From IMG/VR virus record IMGVR_UViG_3300016725_000004: a stretch of DNA of 64,000 bases; one strand, written 5' to 3'. The translations under genes and the position numbers were made by a program. The stretch is from a virus. The first letter of the stretch is position 1; each line of letters opens with the position of its first letter. Under the pieces are notes generated by a model that was not told the DNA's origin, did no database searches, and saw nothing but the letters and a program-made list of their open reading frames with translations. Shown here one piece after another: positions 9,260 through 19,331 of this stretch.

Positions 9260-10324
9260 CTATCTAAATTTGAGAAAATAATTCCATAATGTATCTTCAT
9301 CCATATCACTGATTTGATCTGCGTATTTTCCATATCCAACATATTTTTTAATATTTTGTTTATCCAGAAATTCAAATTGTTTTATATCTTCTTCATTATT
9401 TAAGTAATTAATAAAATTCAAAAATAAATGTGTAGGCTTAATAAACTTTACTGCACGTTCATACTGTGTTCTTGAAAAAGTAAATACACGGCGAATACGT
9501 TTTGTTACAGTAGTTATTTCTGGTATTTGTTGAAGTTCATCCCAACTTAATTCTTTACTATCAGGATAAACGGGCCCACTATCACCTAATTCAATTCCAT
9601 TTTCATCTTTAGGATTACCAACTCGAATAGGGAAAGTTCTAATTACCATCATTACATTACCTAAGTCATTAGGATGAAGTCCCACATCACTAAGAACGGC
9701 AGAAGGAGTAACATCAATACTAGTACAGTGTGGGTAAGAATATCCATAATTAAGGCCAAGATCAAAACCTTGGCCTGTTTCAACTAAAATATTTAAGTTT
9801 TGAGAGATAAGAAATTGTAAGTATTCATCATTATATTTATACAATAAATGCTGTAATTCTGGTGTACCTTGAGCTAGAGGATTTTTCCTCATAATTTTAC
9901 TTGCTCTAGCTGCTCCTGCGCCAGATTGCGTACTAGCTATTTTAACTACACCACTTTTATCTTGTTCTGCTTCTTTATCTTGTTTAGTAACAACAGCAGC
10001 CCTAGGATGAATTAAAACTCTTTCATCATCAATATCAAATTCTTTCATTTCTTTAAACAAAACATCTATATCAATTACACTGCCTGCGCTAAGGAAAATT
10101 TGACATCTTTCTTGAATAATACCAGCTACGGGTAACATCTTAGTTACATATTTCTTCCCTTGATAATAAAAAGTATGACCAGCATTTGGAGATAGACGAC
10201 CAACTGCAACATGAACAGTATTATCTAATGCTATTTTATTAGCAATTAATCCTTTACCTGTGGATCCAAATTGACCATCAATAATCATATTACATTTACC
10301 AGATTTAACAAAATCCGATAGCAT
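9260..10324 (-). CDS. adenylosuccinate synthetase homologue, short archaeal/PurZ-like form (354 aa)
   Basis: P-loop IIDGQFGSTGKGLI (cf. PurA QWGDEGKGK), ASTQSGAGAA (cf. TTKRGIGP), TVTKRIRRVFTF (cf. TTGRRRRCGW); about 80 aa shorter than bacterial PurA; Asp of GDEGKGK replaced by Ser. Confidence 0.6.
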   Translation of the reverse strand: MLSDFVKSGKCNMIIDGQFGSTGKGLIANKIALDNTVHVAVGRLSPNAGHTFYYQGKKYVTKMLPVAGIIQERCQIFLSAGSVIDIDVLFKEMKEFDIDDERVLIHPRAAVVTKQDKEAEQDKSGVVKIASTQSGAGAARASKIMRKNPLAQGTPELQHLLYKYNDEYLQFLISQNLNILVETGQGFDLGLNYGYSYPHCTSIDVTPSAVLSDVGLHPNDLGNVMMVIRTFPIRVGNPKDENGIELGDSGPVYPDSKELSWDELQQIPEITTVTKRIRRVFTFSRTQYERAVKFIKPTHLFLNFINYLNNEEDIKQFEFLDKQNIKKYVGYGKYADQISDMDEDTLWNYFLKFR

Positions 10325-10325
10325 T

Positions 10326-10634
10326 TTACTTTCGATTCATTCTATTTTTAACTTTCGACAAAAGATTAGTCAATCTATTTAAATTATGAATTTTCCTTTC
10401 TTCACAAGATAAGCCAACAATGTCCTCCTCAATACATTGTTGATCTACTTCCTTTAAATATTCCGAAAAGATTGAAATTATAAGAATATAACAGGAAGGT
10501 TCTGTTACTTTAAATTCTTCTAAAAATTCTGTAATTTTATTGTATTCTTCTACTTCTAATCCATATGCACGATAAATTAATTGTCCGTAATTTCGCATAA
10601 AATTTAAATTTTTAAATGTGGTTCGTTCATTCAC
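10326..10634 (-). CDS. hypothetical protein (102 aa)
   Basis: minus-strand ORF. Confidence 0.45.
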   Translation of the reverse strand: MNERTTFKNLNFMRNYGQLIYRAYGLEVEEYNKITEFLEEFKVTEPSCYILIISIFSEYLKEVDQQCIEEDIVGLSCEERKIHNLNRLTNLLSKVKNRMNRK

Positions 10635-11059
10635 AAATATTGCTCCATATTAGATATAATCTTCTTCAGTTGTTCAAATCTAAATTCATCCATTTCTGAA
10701 TCAGAAAGTTGCACTTTAGTTGTTTCTAATTTATAACGTGTTATATCTTGTAAATTATTTGATATTGCAAGTACACATAGCTTAATTGGAAATGAACTAG
10801 AAGTTAATAACTTATCTTGAATTACATTCATTGAAACTTTAGGATAAAAGCTAGTTATAAATCCCACAACAAAATTAAATTCAGTAATATTCATTTTATA
10901 TTTAGAACGAATTAAGTCTTCACCCGTCATCAAGGTATCAAATTTTAAACAAGTAATTGGACTAATATCTTCAGGTACTAAATTAGGCTCAATTAAATTT
11001 AGATTCTTAAATGTGTTGTTACCGCATTTAATTCCACCATTTATTTGAATATCCTTCAT
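10631..11059 (-). CDS. hypothetical protein (142 aa)
   Basis: minus-strand ORF. Confidence 0.5.
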   Translation of the reverse strand: MKDIQINGGIKCGNNTFKNLNLIEPNLVPEDISPITCLKFDTLMTGEDLIRSKYKMNITEFNFVVGFITSFYPKVSMNVIQDKLLTSSSFPIKLCVLAISNNLQDITRYKLETTKVQLSDSEMDEFRFEQLKKIISNMEQYL

Positions 11060-11400
11060 TTCATTCCTCCAGTATTTAAAGGAATCAATTTACCATTTTT
11101 CCATTTACCAATTACTTTAATTCTTTCTATATCCATATTTCTACCATGACCAGAAATATATTGTAATTCATTTATATCATTATCAGTAAGAAATTTATTT
11201 TCGCAATAAATAGTATCAGTAATAATCTCTTGTCGTAAATATACATCAGTCCAAGCTATAGTAATTTGAATTTCAAATTTACCCTCTTTATCTTTATCAG
11301 GTATAACTCGCTTTCTAGGAAATCTTACATAAGTATTAAACGCACAAACTATTAATATAATCGAGGCGATAAGTATTAATAAATATTCTACACGTCCCAA
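11056..11400 (-). CDS. hypothetical protein with N-terminal TM helix (TTG start)
   Basis: ORF begins with TTG; hydrophobic N-terminus. Confidence 0.4.
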   Translation of the reverse strand: MGRVEYLLILIASIILIVCAFNTYVRFPRKRVIPDKDKEGKFEIQITIAWTDVYLRQEIITDTIYCENKFLTDNDINELQYISGHGRNMDIERIKVIGKWKNGKLIPLNTGGMK

Positions 11401-11546
11401 AGGTCAAATCCAGCATCATCGTTACTTTCTTGTATTTCTAATTTACATTGTTTACACATTCCAATAAAACGTGCTTCAGTTAAATAATCATCTTCTATAT
11501 AAGTACAACCACAAATTCTGCAAGTTTGTAGTTCATCAAAGGGCAT
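11386..11546 (-). CDS. small zinc-ribbon protein (about 53 aa, not in ORF track)
   Basis: MPFDELQTCRICGCTY...CKQCKLE; ATG overlaps upstream TAA (TAATG coupling). Confidence 0.4.
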
Positions 11547-11767
11547 TAGTTATCACATGATATAGACATTTCTGTAGCACCTTTACCTGAAATAACTAAA
11601 GTTTTACCTTTAATGCATAGGAAATCTACACCATACCCATTTTTATAATAATAATGTCCCATATATCTAACAGGAAATTCAGTAATAGTATAAGAACTAT
11701 TACTTTCACTATTACAAGAAATAAGAAAAAAGCAAATAGTTAGAAGTAAAATTGTTATCAACTTCAT
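11546..11767 (-). CDS. putative lipoprotein (73 aa)
   Basis: signal peptide plus lipobox-like LISC. Confidence 0.45.
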   Translation of the reverse strand: MKLITILLLTICFFLISCNSESNSSYTITEFPVRYMGHYYYKNGYGVDFLCIKGKTLVISGKGATEMSISCDN

Positions 11768-12057
11768 TGCAAAGAAACTCCAACAATCCTATTATCTTCT
11801 TCATCAATTCTAAATATAAGTCTATGGTCATAAAAAGAAAGAATAGTATTAATAAGTCCAAAGGTTGTAATACGATTATCTGATCCAATTACCAAGTTTG
11901 GATTATCCTTTTCAAAATTTGAAACTTCTTCTTCAGGAAGATTTAATTTTGAGTTCAAATCATCAGCATAAATAGTAAAAGTAGAAAAGAGATTATTAAG
12001 TAGTGTAACCATTTCGTCTGTATTAGCCATTTGTGTTTCCTCCGAATATTTTTCCAT
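11764..12057 (-). CDS. hypothetical protein (97 aa)
   Basis: minus-strand ORF. Confidence 0.45.
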   Translation of the reverse strand: MEKYSEETQMANTDEMVTLLNNLFSTFTIYADDLNSKLNLPEEEVSNFEKDNPNLVIGSDNRITTFGLINTILSFYDHRLIFRIDEEDNRIVGVSLQ

Positions 12058-12706
12058 ATGTACTTTCCCACGTATTTTCCCAAATGTTTCTTAACTGAAG
12101 TAATAATTCAAATTCTTGTTTTGATACTACATTATTACTAAACATTAATATATTAGTCATAGTATCTTCTATCAAATCCTTATAAGTATAGTTTATAGCA
12201 CTCCCATCTTCGTAATTAGCGATATAATCATCATCTATTTTTTCAAGATAAAAATATACTCTATCATTATCTTTGTAAGAATACCCCATAGATCCTGTAA
12301 CTAATATGGTATTATACCAGTTACTTTTGATTAAATCAATATAAGTAATATAAGATTTAAGTAACAATTTAGAATCAGAGTTAACTAGTTTCTTTACATA
12401 TCTCACATATTTTGCAAATTCCACATTTTGTTCAAATTCAGCAACATGTTTAGATAAATATGAAAGAGGAATGAAACGATAAGATGATCTTTCATCTAAA
12501 AGTTGCGCAATTATTGTAGCTATACCCAAATCTTCATATGGAATTGTAGTACATCCAAAACATTCTTTTATTGTAGCAATTTCATTAAAAACATTATATC
12601 CAATAACAGAGTCTTTTTCAAGTTTTAATGCGGTCATTAATTCAAAATGTTCATTAACAAACATTTCACCTAAATGAAGAGGTTCACGGGTCATGATGGA
12701 TTGCAC
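12023..12706 (-). CDS. hypothetical protein (227 aa)
   Basis: minus-strand ORF. Confidence 0.5.
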   Translation of the reverse strand: MQSIMTREPLHLGEMFVNEHFELMTALKLEKDSVIGYNVFNEIATIKECFGCTTIPYEDLGIATIIAQLLDERSSYRFIPLSYLSKHVAEFEQNVEFAKYVRYVKKLVNSDSKLLLKSYITYIDLIKSNWYNTILVTGSMGYSYKDNDRVYFYLEKIDDDYIANYEDGSAINYTYKDLIEDTMTNILMFSNNVVSKQEFELLLQLRNIWENTWESTYGKIFGGNTNG

Positions 12707-12930
12707 TCCAATTCAATTATATTATTCCCATCAGGATTAAAAATAGCTGCACATCGAACCTCTGTTCGTATAATTTTTATTTTTCCTTCTTTATATATTC
12801 TTGGAGTTGCATCTTCAATAGCTTTTCGTTTAGCTGATTCTTCATCATTATTTTGTACTGTATAATGATTAAGACATTCTCCTCTGGAATCGTGTATTTC
12901 AAATCTAACAGTTACTTCATTTATTTGCAT
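12691..12930 (-). CDS. hypothetical protein (79 aa)
   Basis: minus-strand ORF. Confidence 0.4.
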   Translation of the reverse strand: MQINEVTVRFEIHDSRGECLNHYTVQNNDEESAKRKAIEDATPRIYKEGKIKIIRTEVRCAAIFNPDGNNIIELECNPS

Positions 12931-13127
12931 TTTTTGCCTCTTTTTAAGTCCTTAATTATAAGTCCGTATTCAAGTGAAAGAATTGGTTCTTTTTTACATT
13001 CTAAAAGATATACAGGTTGTTTAAATAATTTTGCGTCATTTATTCCTTCTTTAATCATATAATCTAAATATGATTGTGGAGCAACTCTATAACATAGAGT
13101 GCGAAATAACTCATATGAAGTTTTCAT
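12921..13127 (-). CDS. hypothetical protein (68 aa)
   Basis: minus-strand ORF. Confidence 0.35.
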   Translation of the reverse strand: MKTSYELFRTLCYRVAPQSYLDYMIKEGINDAKLFKQPVYLLECKKEPILSLEYGLIIKDLKRGKKCK

Positions 13128-13330
13128 TAAATTTCTTGAACCTCCGGTTTTAATGCCCCTCTTGCTACATTATAACAATGTGTAATAATTGTACCCATTT
13201 TAGATGCTTCAATTAAAGATATATCTGTTTTTGAAAAAGTTACATTACATAACATACAATCTTTCAATATAATACTAGCCATAAAGTCATTTAAAGTGAG
13301 ATCTTTATATTCATTATTTGTAAAATGCAC
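13127..13330 (-). CDS. hypothetical protein (GTG start; may extend upstream)
   Basis: open frame continues to 13438 without ATG; start codon unclear. Confidence 0.35.
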   Translation of the reverse strand: MHFTNNEYKDLTLNDFMASIILKDCMLCNVTFSKTDISLIEASKMGTIITHCYNVARGALKPEVQEI

Positions 13331-13438
13331 AGTAATTACATCTGTTATACTTGTTACATATCCAAGATAATATTCAGAGGTTAATTTATATTTAACACAA
13401 CTTCCTACTTGAATTAACTCACGGCAATCGCGCTTTTC

Positions 13439-14416
13439 CTAAAACTCGGAAGAATCATTTTGAATCCAGTTAAACACTTGCAAAGAATCAATAATCTTCT
13501 CCAAAATTTGTTCTTGAGTAAATTTACCACATTCATTATTAGTATGATCCCTTATAAAACTTGATAAAATATTATTTTCATCTACAATATATGCTTGCTG
13601 CCATACAGATTCATTTGTGTCTATTGTAATATATCTTTCTGAAATAGTAATTGAAACTTTATTAATATTATTTTCCCAAATAAGACTTGAATTTGTTGGG
13701 TTAATATGTACATCTGGAAGAGGTAAGTACCATGGAATATTTTCATAAATAAATTTTATTACTTTTTCAATTTTTTCATTGGTATTATTCATAACGTAAT
13801 GATTAATAATATATTTATAATTAGCGATCTTTAATTTAAGAATATCTATAGCTTCTTGTAATTCTTCATTTGGAATGTAAAAGAAAGGACAACCGACATT
13901 AACATTAAATGTTGTTTTATTATTAAAATTATTATTTCGTAGATATGCAAAAACAAAAGAAGTAAACTTAGTTGGAAAATAAGGATCAAGTTCTTCCTTA
14001 TTCTTCATATATTCGTCTCTAATAAACATATCAAAAGAAGTATCTGAAATAGAATGATTTTGGCGATACATTGCGAGATTAATTTTCTTTAACATAAATT
14101 TTCTATATTCAATAAGCAATTTTTTAAAGAGACCAATATTTGTTTGAGTAATATATGGACGGCAAATAATTGCATTATATATTTCAATCAATTTTTCTAC
14201 AGAACATTCTTTTAATGCTTTTGTATTAACTATTATATGCTTATTAGATTGAGTATAAATATCAAAATCTAAATTTAACTTATATTCACGTTCCATAAAT
14301 AGTTTTATCTTATATGATATTGCATCTGCTAATGTATATTTAAAATTCATAAAACAAGCTAAATTTTTTAGCTTCTGCTCAAGTGTTGCACACAAAATGC
14401 GGTGGTCTTTGTTCAT
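13439..14416 (-). CDS. hypothetical protein (325 aa)
   Basis: long minus-strand ORF. Confidence 0.55.
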   Translation of the reverse strand: MNKDHRILCATLEQKLKNLACFMNFKYTLADAISYKIKLFMEREYKLNLDFDIYTQSNKHIIVNTKALKECSVEKLIEIYNAIICRPYITQTNIGLFKKLLIEYRKFMLKKINLAMYRQNHSISDTSFDMFIRDEYMKNKEELDPYFPTKFTSFVFAYLRNNNFNNKTTFNVNVGCPFFYIPNEELQEAIDILKLKIANYKYIINHYVMNNTNEKIEKVIKFIYENIPWYLPLPDVHINPTNSSLIWENNINKVSITISERYITIDTNESVWQQAYIVDENNILSSFIRDHTNNECGKFTQEQILEKIIDSLQVFNWIQNDSSEF

Positions 14417-14727
14417 TGAAAACTCCCTCGAATACTAGGCATTTCACATAGAGAGACAGTTACTTTACAAAGCTTACCTTTAAGATTTCCTGAATATAAT
14501 TCATATGCATTAGGATAACAATCAATTAGTTTATCTGCTAAATCATCATATTTAAAAACTCTATTATACTTTCGTTTTATTGTATCTTTAATTTTAATAG
14601 TAGTTGATACTATAGAACCTTTTAATGTTTCCTTATTTAAAACAAAATAAAATTTAGTATTACTTTCTTCAAATTTAATATCTCTATACTTTATAGATAA
14701 AAGAAGACAATTGATTCGTTCACTCAT
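14413..14727 (-). CDS. hypothetical protein (104 aa)
   Basis: minus-strand ORF. Confidence 0.45.
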   Translation of the reverse strand: MSERINCLLLSIKYRDIKFEESNTKFYFVLNKETLKGSIVSTTIKIKDTIKRKYNRVFKYDDLADKLIDCYPNAYELYSGNLKGKLCKVTVSLCEMPSIRGSFQ

Positions 14728-14942
14728 TACCTTGCTCCTAGTAGTTGTTGAAGTAATACTTTTCTATCTTCACTTGACATATGAGGATTAAACTGCTGCA
14801 TTCTCATTAAATGAGTGCTAGACATATACAATATAATTAATTCTAATTCTTTATTAGATTTATTATTTAACGCACTAGTTATTATTTGAAATTCATCTTC
14901 AGTTAATGGAAATTCAGGAAAAACTTTTCCAAAATTTGTCAT
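14727..14942 (-). CDS. hypothetical protein (71 aa)
   Basis: minus-strand ORF. Confidence 0.4.
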   Translation of the reverse strand: MTNFGKVFPEFPLTEDEFQIITSALNNKSNKELELIILYMSSTHLMRMQQFNPHMSSEDRKVLLQQLLGAR

Positions 14943-15382
14943 TTCTTTTTAACTATATCATTTACACCTGAAATAAGTTTATTCAAGATTTCATCTTTGC
15001 ACCATTCTTTATCAATCATTTCCCATGTATAATTTTTAAGCATATTTTGTATATTACCTTCAAGAAATATTCCATCACTTATTGCAACAATATGCCAGCA
15101 ATCTTTAGGATTACCTAAATTTTTACAAGAAAGGACTTTAAAAACACGAAATTTATTATCAGGATTTATAATAATAAAATCATTAATTGAAATAGGTACA
15201 TCTGCGAAGACCATCCCAGAAAGTGAAGTGATACCACAATTATTAGAACTTTCAATATCTAAAGGCGTCAGAGTTGGTTTCCATCCCATAGGGACTCCCC
15301 AACCCCAAGACATGTTATTTGTAAAATCAAATACTCGCTTACCTTCTTTACCCATATAAAGATCACTATGAAGCATACTCAT
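14939..15382 (-). CDS. hypothetical protein (147 aa)
   Basis: minus-strand ORF. Confidence 0.5.
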   Translation of the reverse strand: MSMLHSDLYMGKEGKRVFDFTNNMSWGWGVPMGWKPTLTPLDIESSNNCGITSLSGMVFADVPISINDFIIINPDNKFRVFKVLSCKNLGNPKDCWHIVAISDGIFLEGNIQNMLKNYTWEMIDKEWCKDEILNKLISGVNDIVKKK

Positions 15383-15394
15383 GTCCTTTTCCTC

Positions 15395-15748
15395 CTAAAC
15401 ATGTTTCATATATAATTTTTTCAACTTCCAACTATCATTAAAGTCTTCTATAAATTGTAAGGTTAAGTTTTCTCGTTTTTTAATGAAGCTACTCAATAAT
15501 TTAATTAGTTCTTGTTTTCTATTAAAAAGTGAATTTGTATAATTTCGTTGTAATGTTTTTTCAATACAATTAATTTTAAAACGTATGTCGCTTTCAGAGC
15601 AATAATAGTAATCAAGTGAATTAATATATTTCTTTGTAAAAAAATTAGGTGTTAAAAGAAGGACTTCACCAAGGTAAGGTTCTAGATCATTTTCATTGTT
15701 TGAAATTGCAAGTAGTTTAAGTTTATTATAGGCTGCATAAATTCTCAT
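15395..15748 (-). CDS. hypothetical protein (117 aa)
   Basis: minus-strand ORF. Confidence 0.45.
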   Translation of the reverse strand: MRIYAAYNKLKLLAISNNENDLEPYLGEVLLLTPNFFTKKYINSLDYYYCSESDIRFKINCIEKTLQRNYTNSLFNRKQELIKLLSSFIKKRENLTLQFIEDFNDSWKLKKLYMKHV

Positions 15749-15785
15749 AATTCCTCCTAATATTAGTATACCACATAATTATATT

Positions 15786-16469
15786 TTATACAAATTCATG
15801 TAGATTAACTAAATTTAATTTAATATGCTTTTTATTTTTAATAGAAATAGAAAAAAAGTATGATGTATTATTAATAATATTAAAAATTAGATTATCATAA
15901 TCTAATTTAGCACGGGTGTATCTTGATACTATTCTTTTAACTTTTGGCATCACCAAACTCAAGCTATTTTCAATTGAATATCTTCTATCGAGTTCAATAT
16001 AGGAATTAATAAATCGTGGTTCACGTTTATCTAAATTATGAATACTTATTCTAATCGCATTGTACTTTGTATCTTCAAATAATGTTAAATTATAAGAATA
16101 CCAAGATTCCAAACTAAACGTAATTTTAATATTATCTATTGTTCGGGATACTATGTCCCATTCTAGTGGACTATATTCACCGAGTAATTCAGTCGCAGAA
16201 AAGGAATCATGTATATTAATTAAATGAGTAGTATTATTAAGTAACTCAATTTTAATCCTTTCATGAACTTTATCTATATATTCTCTAGTAAAAACATCCG
16301 TTAAATATTTAACAGCAGGTAAAGGAAAGCTATGAAATAGTTGATAGATTGTTTCATACATTAACTCAGAAAAATTTGAAACTGAATCGTAATTATCAAA
16401 GTTATATTGGATATTGTAATTTTTATTGTTTATAGTACAAGAAATATGTAAACGAAGTGGACTTAACAT
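15786..16469 (-). CDS. hypothetical protein (227 aa)
   Basis: minus-strand ORF. Confidence 0.5.
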   Translation of the reverse strand: MLSPLRLHISCTINNKNYNIQYNFDNYDSVSNFSELMYETIYQLFHSFPLPAVKYLTDVFTREYIDKVHERIKIELLNNTTHLINIHDSFSATELLGEYSPLEWDIVSRTIDNIKITFSLESWYSYNLTLFEDTKYNAIRISIHNLDKREPRFINSYIELDRRYSIENSLSLVMPKVKRIVSRYTRAKLDYDNLIFNIINNTSYFFSISIKNKKHIKLNLVNLHEFV

Positions 16470-16897
16470 TCTTCTAAATTCTGTATAATTTTATTAACCC
16501 TATTAAGGTATAATATATGTTGGTCTGTAATCATTTTACTAAACTTTTGTGGAATATGAGTTAAATAATAAGCAATCTCTTTAAAATAATTATGGTAATT
16601 GAGTTTTAATTTATCTTTTTCTTCTTGTGAAGAGGGTAGATATGCATCATTCAAAAGATTTTTATATGAAATATAAAATTCTAATCCAGAGTCTTGAAGA
16701 TATAATGCTAACGTAACTTCTTCTTTGGTAATAATTTCATAGTCAGAAGAATTAGTAAAATTAAATTGAAATAAATATCTTGAAGGAGGCATTAATTTAA
16801 TACCAGTGTACAATGCACCACCTACATTTCGTTGAATATTAACACACATAAGAAGTTCATTAGACTTAGTTAAAAAACAATCGCCGGGTAGTAACAT
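16463..16897 (-). CDS. hypothetical protein (144 aa)
   Basis: minus-strand ORF; RBS GGAGGAGC upstream. Confidence 0.5.
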   Translation of the reverse strand: MLLPGDCFLTKSNELLMCVNIQRNVGGALYTGIKLMPPSRYLFQFNFTNSSDYEIITKEEVTLALYLQDSGLEFYISYKNLLNDAYLPSSQEEKDKLKLNYHNYFKEIAYYLTHIPQKFSKMITDQHILYLNRVNKIIQNLEEC

Positions 16898-17252
16898 AGC
16901 TCCTCCTAGTAGGAAATATTATCGAATTAATTATCATATTTTTAGCAAAATCATTTAACGTGACTGGAATACTTTCAACATTAGCAATTAATGGAACACT
17001 CATACACATTGAATCGAAAATAATGGTATTACTAGGGATTTCATTATTTTTTCAAAAGTTCTTTTAAAGCTACTTCCATAGAAATAATATTCATACTATG
17101 GATATCTTCTAATTTCTTTTCATCAGTACAAGTAACACAATTCATAAGTGTTTTGTTAGAATAATTCTTTGATAACTGTTCAAAGAATTATTCTTTTTCA
17201 ATATTACCTTGCAATACATAATCCATAATATCTGAAAAATCCAAAGTATAAT

Positions 17253-17603
17253 TCATTTAAACTCCTTTATTCTACCAATATTATCTATACTCTTTATAAC
17301 TTTACCATAAATAGTAGACGTCCATCCATTTTCATGACCATGATTGTTAGAAATTTTATAAACTTTTATTCCTTTTTCAATCTTTACCCCAGTTATTAAA
17401 TGAGAATCAATCCAACGACCTTTTACTTTACAAAATACAATATCACCTTTGTTATAACTATCTCGTACTTCATAATAACAGGTACTTGCATTAGGTAGTA
17501 TTGGGAGCATTGAATTACCAAAGCACTTCATGCTACCCATTCCTGTTGTTTCTAAATCATGTTTCAACCGAGTATATTTACTTTGTAATACATTGTCCTG
17601 CAT
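17253..17603 (-). CDS. S24/S26-family serine peptidase-like protein
   Basis: GNSMLPIL (cf. G.SM.P.L nucleophile motif of LexA/signal peptidase I), GDIVFCKV, beta-rich C-terminus; start taken at MQDNV (17603). Confidence 0.45.
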   Translation of the reverse strand: MQDNVLQSKYTRLKHDLETTGMGSMKCFGNSMLPILPNASTCYYEVRDSYNKGDIVFCKVKGRWIDSHLITGVKIEKGIKVYKISNNHGHENGWTSTIYGKVIKSIDNIGRIKEFK

Positions 17604-17955
17604 TTCTATTCTCCACATATTTTTGTAATTCTTTGTATAAATCACTTGAGTTAAAGTTTTCAATAGGTACATCATCAAAATACAATTTTTGTTCTCTATC
17701 AGCAAAACAGTGAACTACACCATTTCCATATAGTGATAAAATAAAATTTCTATGATTATCATAAGACCACTCAAGAATAATTTCATTATCGGGACTTGGC
17801 CCATAATGACTAGGCATAAGATTTTCAGGTAATTGCTCAAGCAATTTTACTGCATCTTCTATTACATTAGGTGTAATAGGATTAGCTCCATATCCATCCC
17901 AATTATGTTTTAAATTTGATAAATTCTGGACTTTCTTTATGAAATTATCTTTCAT
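17578..17955 (-). CDS. hypothetical protein (125 aa)
   Basis: minus-strand ORF. Confidence 0.45.
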   Translation of the reverse strand: MKDNFIKKVQNLSNLKHNWDGYGANPITPNVIEDAVKLLEQLPENLMPSHYGPSPDNEIILEWSYDNHRNFILSLYGNGVVHCFADREQKLYFDDVPIENFNSSDLYKELQKYVENRNAGQCITK

Positions 17956-18683
17956 ATCAGTTCCATTTTTTCTTTCATTTCTTTTATAATATAGTTAGAA
18001 TAATTTGATTCATGCTGATAAGATAATTCAAGATACCATAAGGATAACTTAGATAGAATTTCACTTTTACCTGAATTAAATGCATTTAAGAATACAGGTG
18101 TACTAAAATGAATTGAATTTAGATAAGACTTAATGGAAGATTCCATATTTTTAAAATTATCTAATGACAGTTCTTGTTTATATTCATTAATTTGAAATAA
18201 GAATGAAGCTAAATAGTAATCTTCATATAATACCATAGAATGATCGCATTCTACAAATATCTTTTCTAAACCAGTTAATTCTATTTTAGTACATTTAGGA
18301 TATTCTGTACTACTAATCAGACTTTTAATAAGGTCTAAAGAATGACCATTTTTTCCTGTAAAATTAATATAGTTTTCAAATCCTTCAACTGCTGCTTCAA
18401 TATTTGGAACATCATATTTTTCATTATGTGCATCAAAATGATGGTAATTAAAATCATGAAAAATAGCTGCAATCATCATTGAACGTAATTGAGAATATGT
18501 AGTTGAAAAATAAGTTGTATTAGATAATTCATATAGAGAGCAAATAAATTTTACAACATGCATATATCCATGATATGAATTTCTATAAGAACTAGCATTA
18601 TATAATTTATAATAGTTAAGTGGCTCGGTTAATTTAAAATAATCTACAATTAAATTAAATTTAGAGGTATTTAGAAGCATCAT
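17952..18683 (-). CDS. HD-domain phosphohydrolase (243 aa)
   Basis: HGYMHVVKF ... AAIFHDFNYHHFD (H..H...HD..D metal-binding pattern). Confidence 0.5.
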   Translation of the reverse strand: MMLLNTSKFNLIVDYFKLTEPLNYYKLYNASSYRNSYHGYMHVVKFICSLYELSNTTYFSTTYSQLRSMMIAAIFHDFNYHHFDAHNEKYDVPNIEAAVEGFENYINFTGKNGHSLDLIKSLISSTEYPKCTKIELTGLEKIFVECDHSMVLYEDYYLASFLFQINEYKQELSLDNFKNMESSIKSYLNSIHFSTPVFLNAFNSGKSEILSKLSLWYLELSYQHESNYSNYIIKEMKEKMELI

Positions 18684-18942
18684 CTGTCCAAATATATTTG
18701 ATATTTGTTATATTCATGGTATTGAGGTTCCTCCTAAGATTAAAATATTTTTCATTTGAAATATCCATTTCAGTCACATCACCGCAATATGAATAATCAT
18801 CTTTAAAACTTTTAGGAGAATGATCTAAATTATACTTTATATACTTATCTTTATCTTCTTTAGTTGGACAAATTACAACACCGTCATCTTTATCAGTACA
18901 ACCACTAGAACGTTCTATCATTTTGATAATATAAATTTTCAT
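18661..18942 (-). CDS. hypothetical protein (93 aa)
   Basis: minus-strand ORF. Confidence 0.4.
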   Translation of the reverse strand: MKIYIIKMIERSSGCTDKDDGVVICPTKEDKDKYIKYNLDHSPKSFKDDYSYCGDVTEMDISNEKYFNLRRNLNTMNITNIKYIWTDDASKYL

Positions 18943-19331
18943 GACTTAATCTTAAATTCAGGAACTTTAATATCTAGTTCAGTTTCAAGCCAGTCAGCAA
19001 CAATTCTTCTATGACAAAAATCACCAGGTTTTTCATAACAAAGCAAAATAATTTTATCTGAATTATATGAAAGTTTAGCTAGTTCGTTAAATACATTTTT
19101 AGCCTTTAATGTATTCAATACCTCTTTATAATATGCAATACGATAATCATGTTCTTTATATTCACCAGATTTATACTTTTGAAAAAACCAATATTTGGGA
19201 GCTAATTTTTTATATTGAAGTCTATCAGAAGTTTCCCAAAATGCAGGAGCTTTACCTGCAATAGAAATTCCAATTAATCCATTTGATTCATATAATGGTA
19301 ATTTTGCATAATATCCCGTATAGATTTTCAT
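18939..19331 (-). CDS. DUF488-family protein (130 aa)
   Basis: MKIYTGYYAK ... LLCYEKPGDFCHRRIVADWL (DUF488/YeaO signature). Confidence 0.5.
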   Translation of the reverse strand: MKIYTGYYAKLPLYESNGLIGISIAGKAPAFWETSDRLQYKKLAPKYWFFQKYKSGEYKEHDYRIAYYKEVLNTLKAKNVFNELAKLSYNSDKIILLCYEKPGDFCHRRIVADWLETELDIKVPEFKIKS

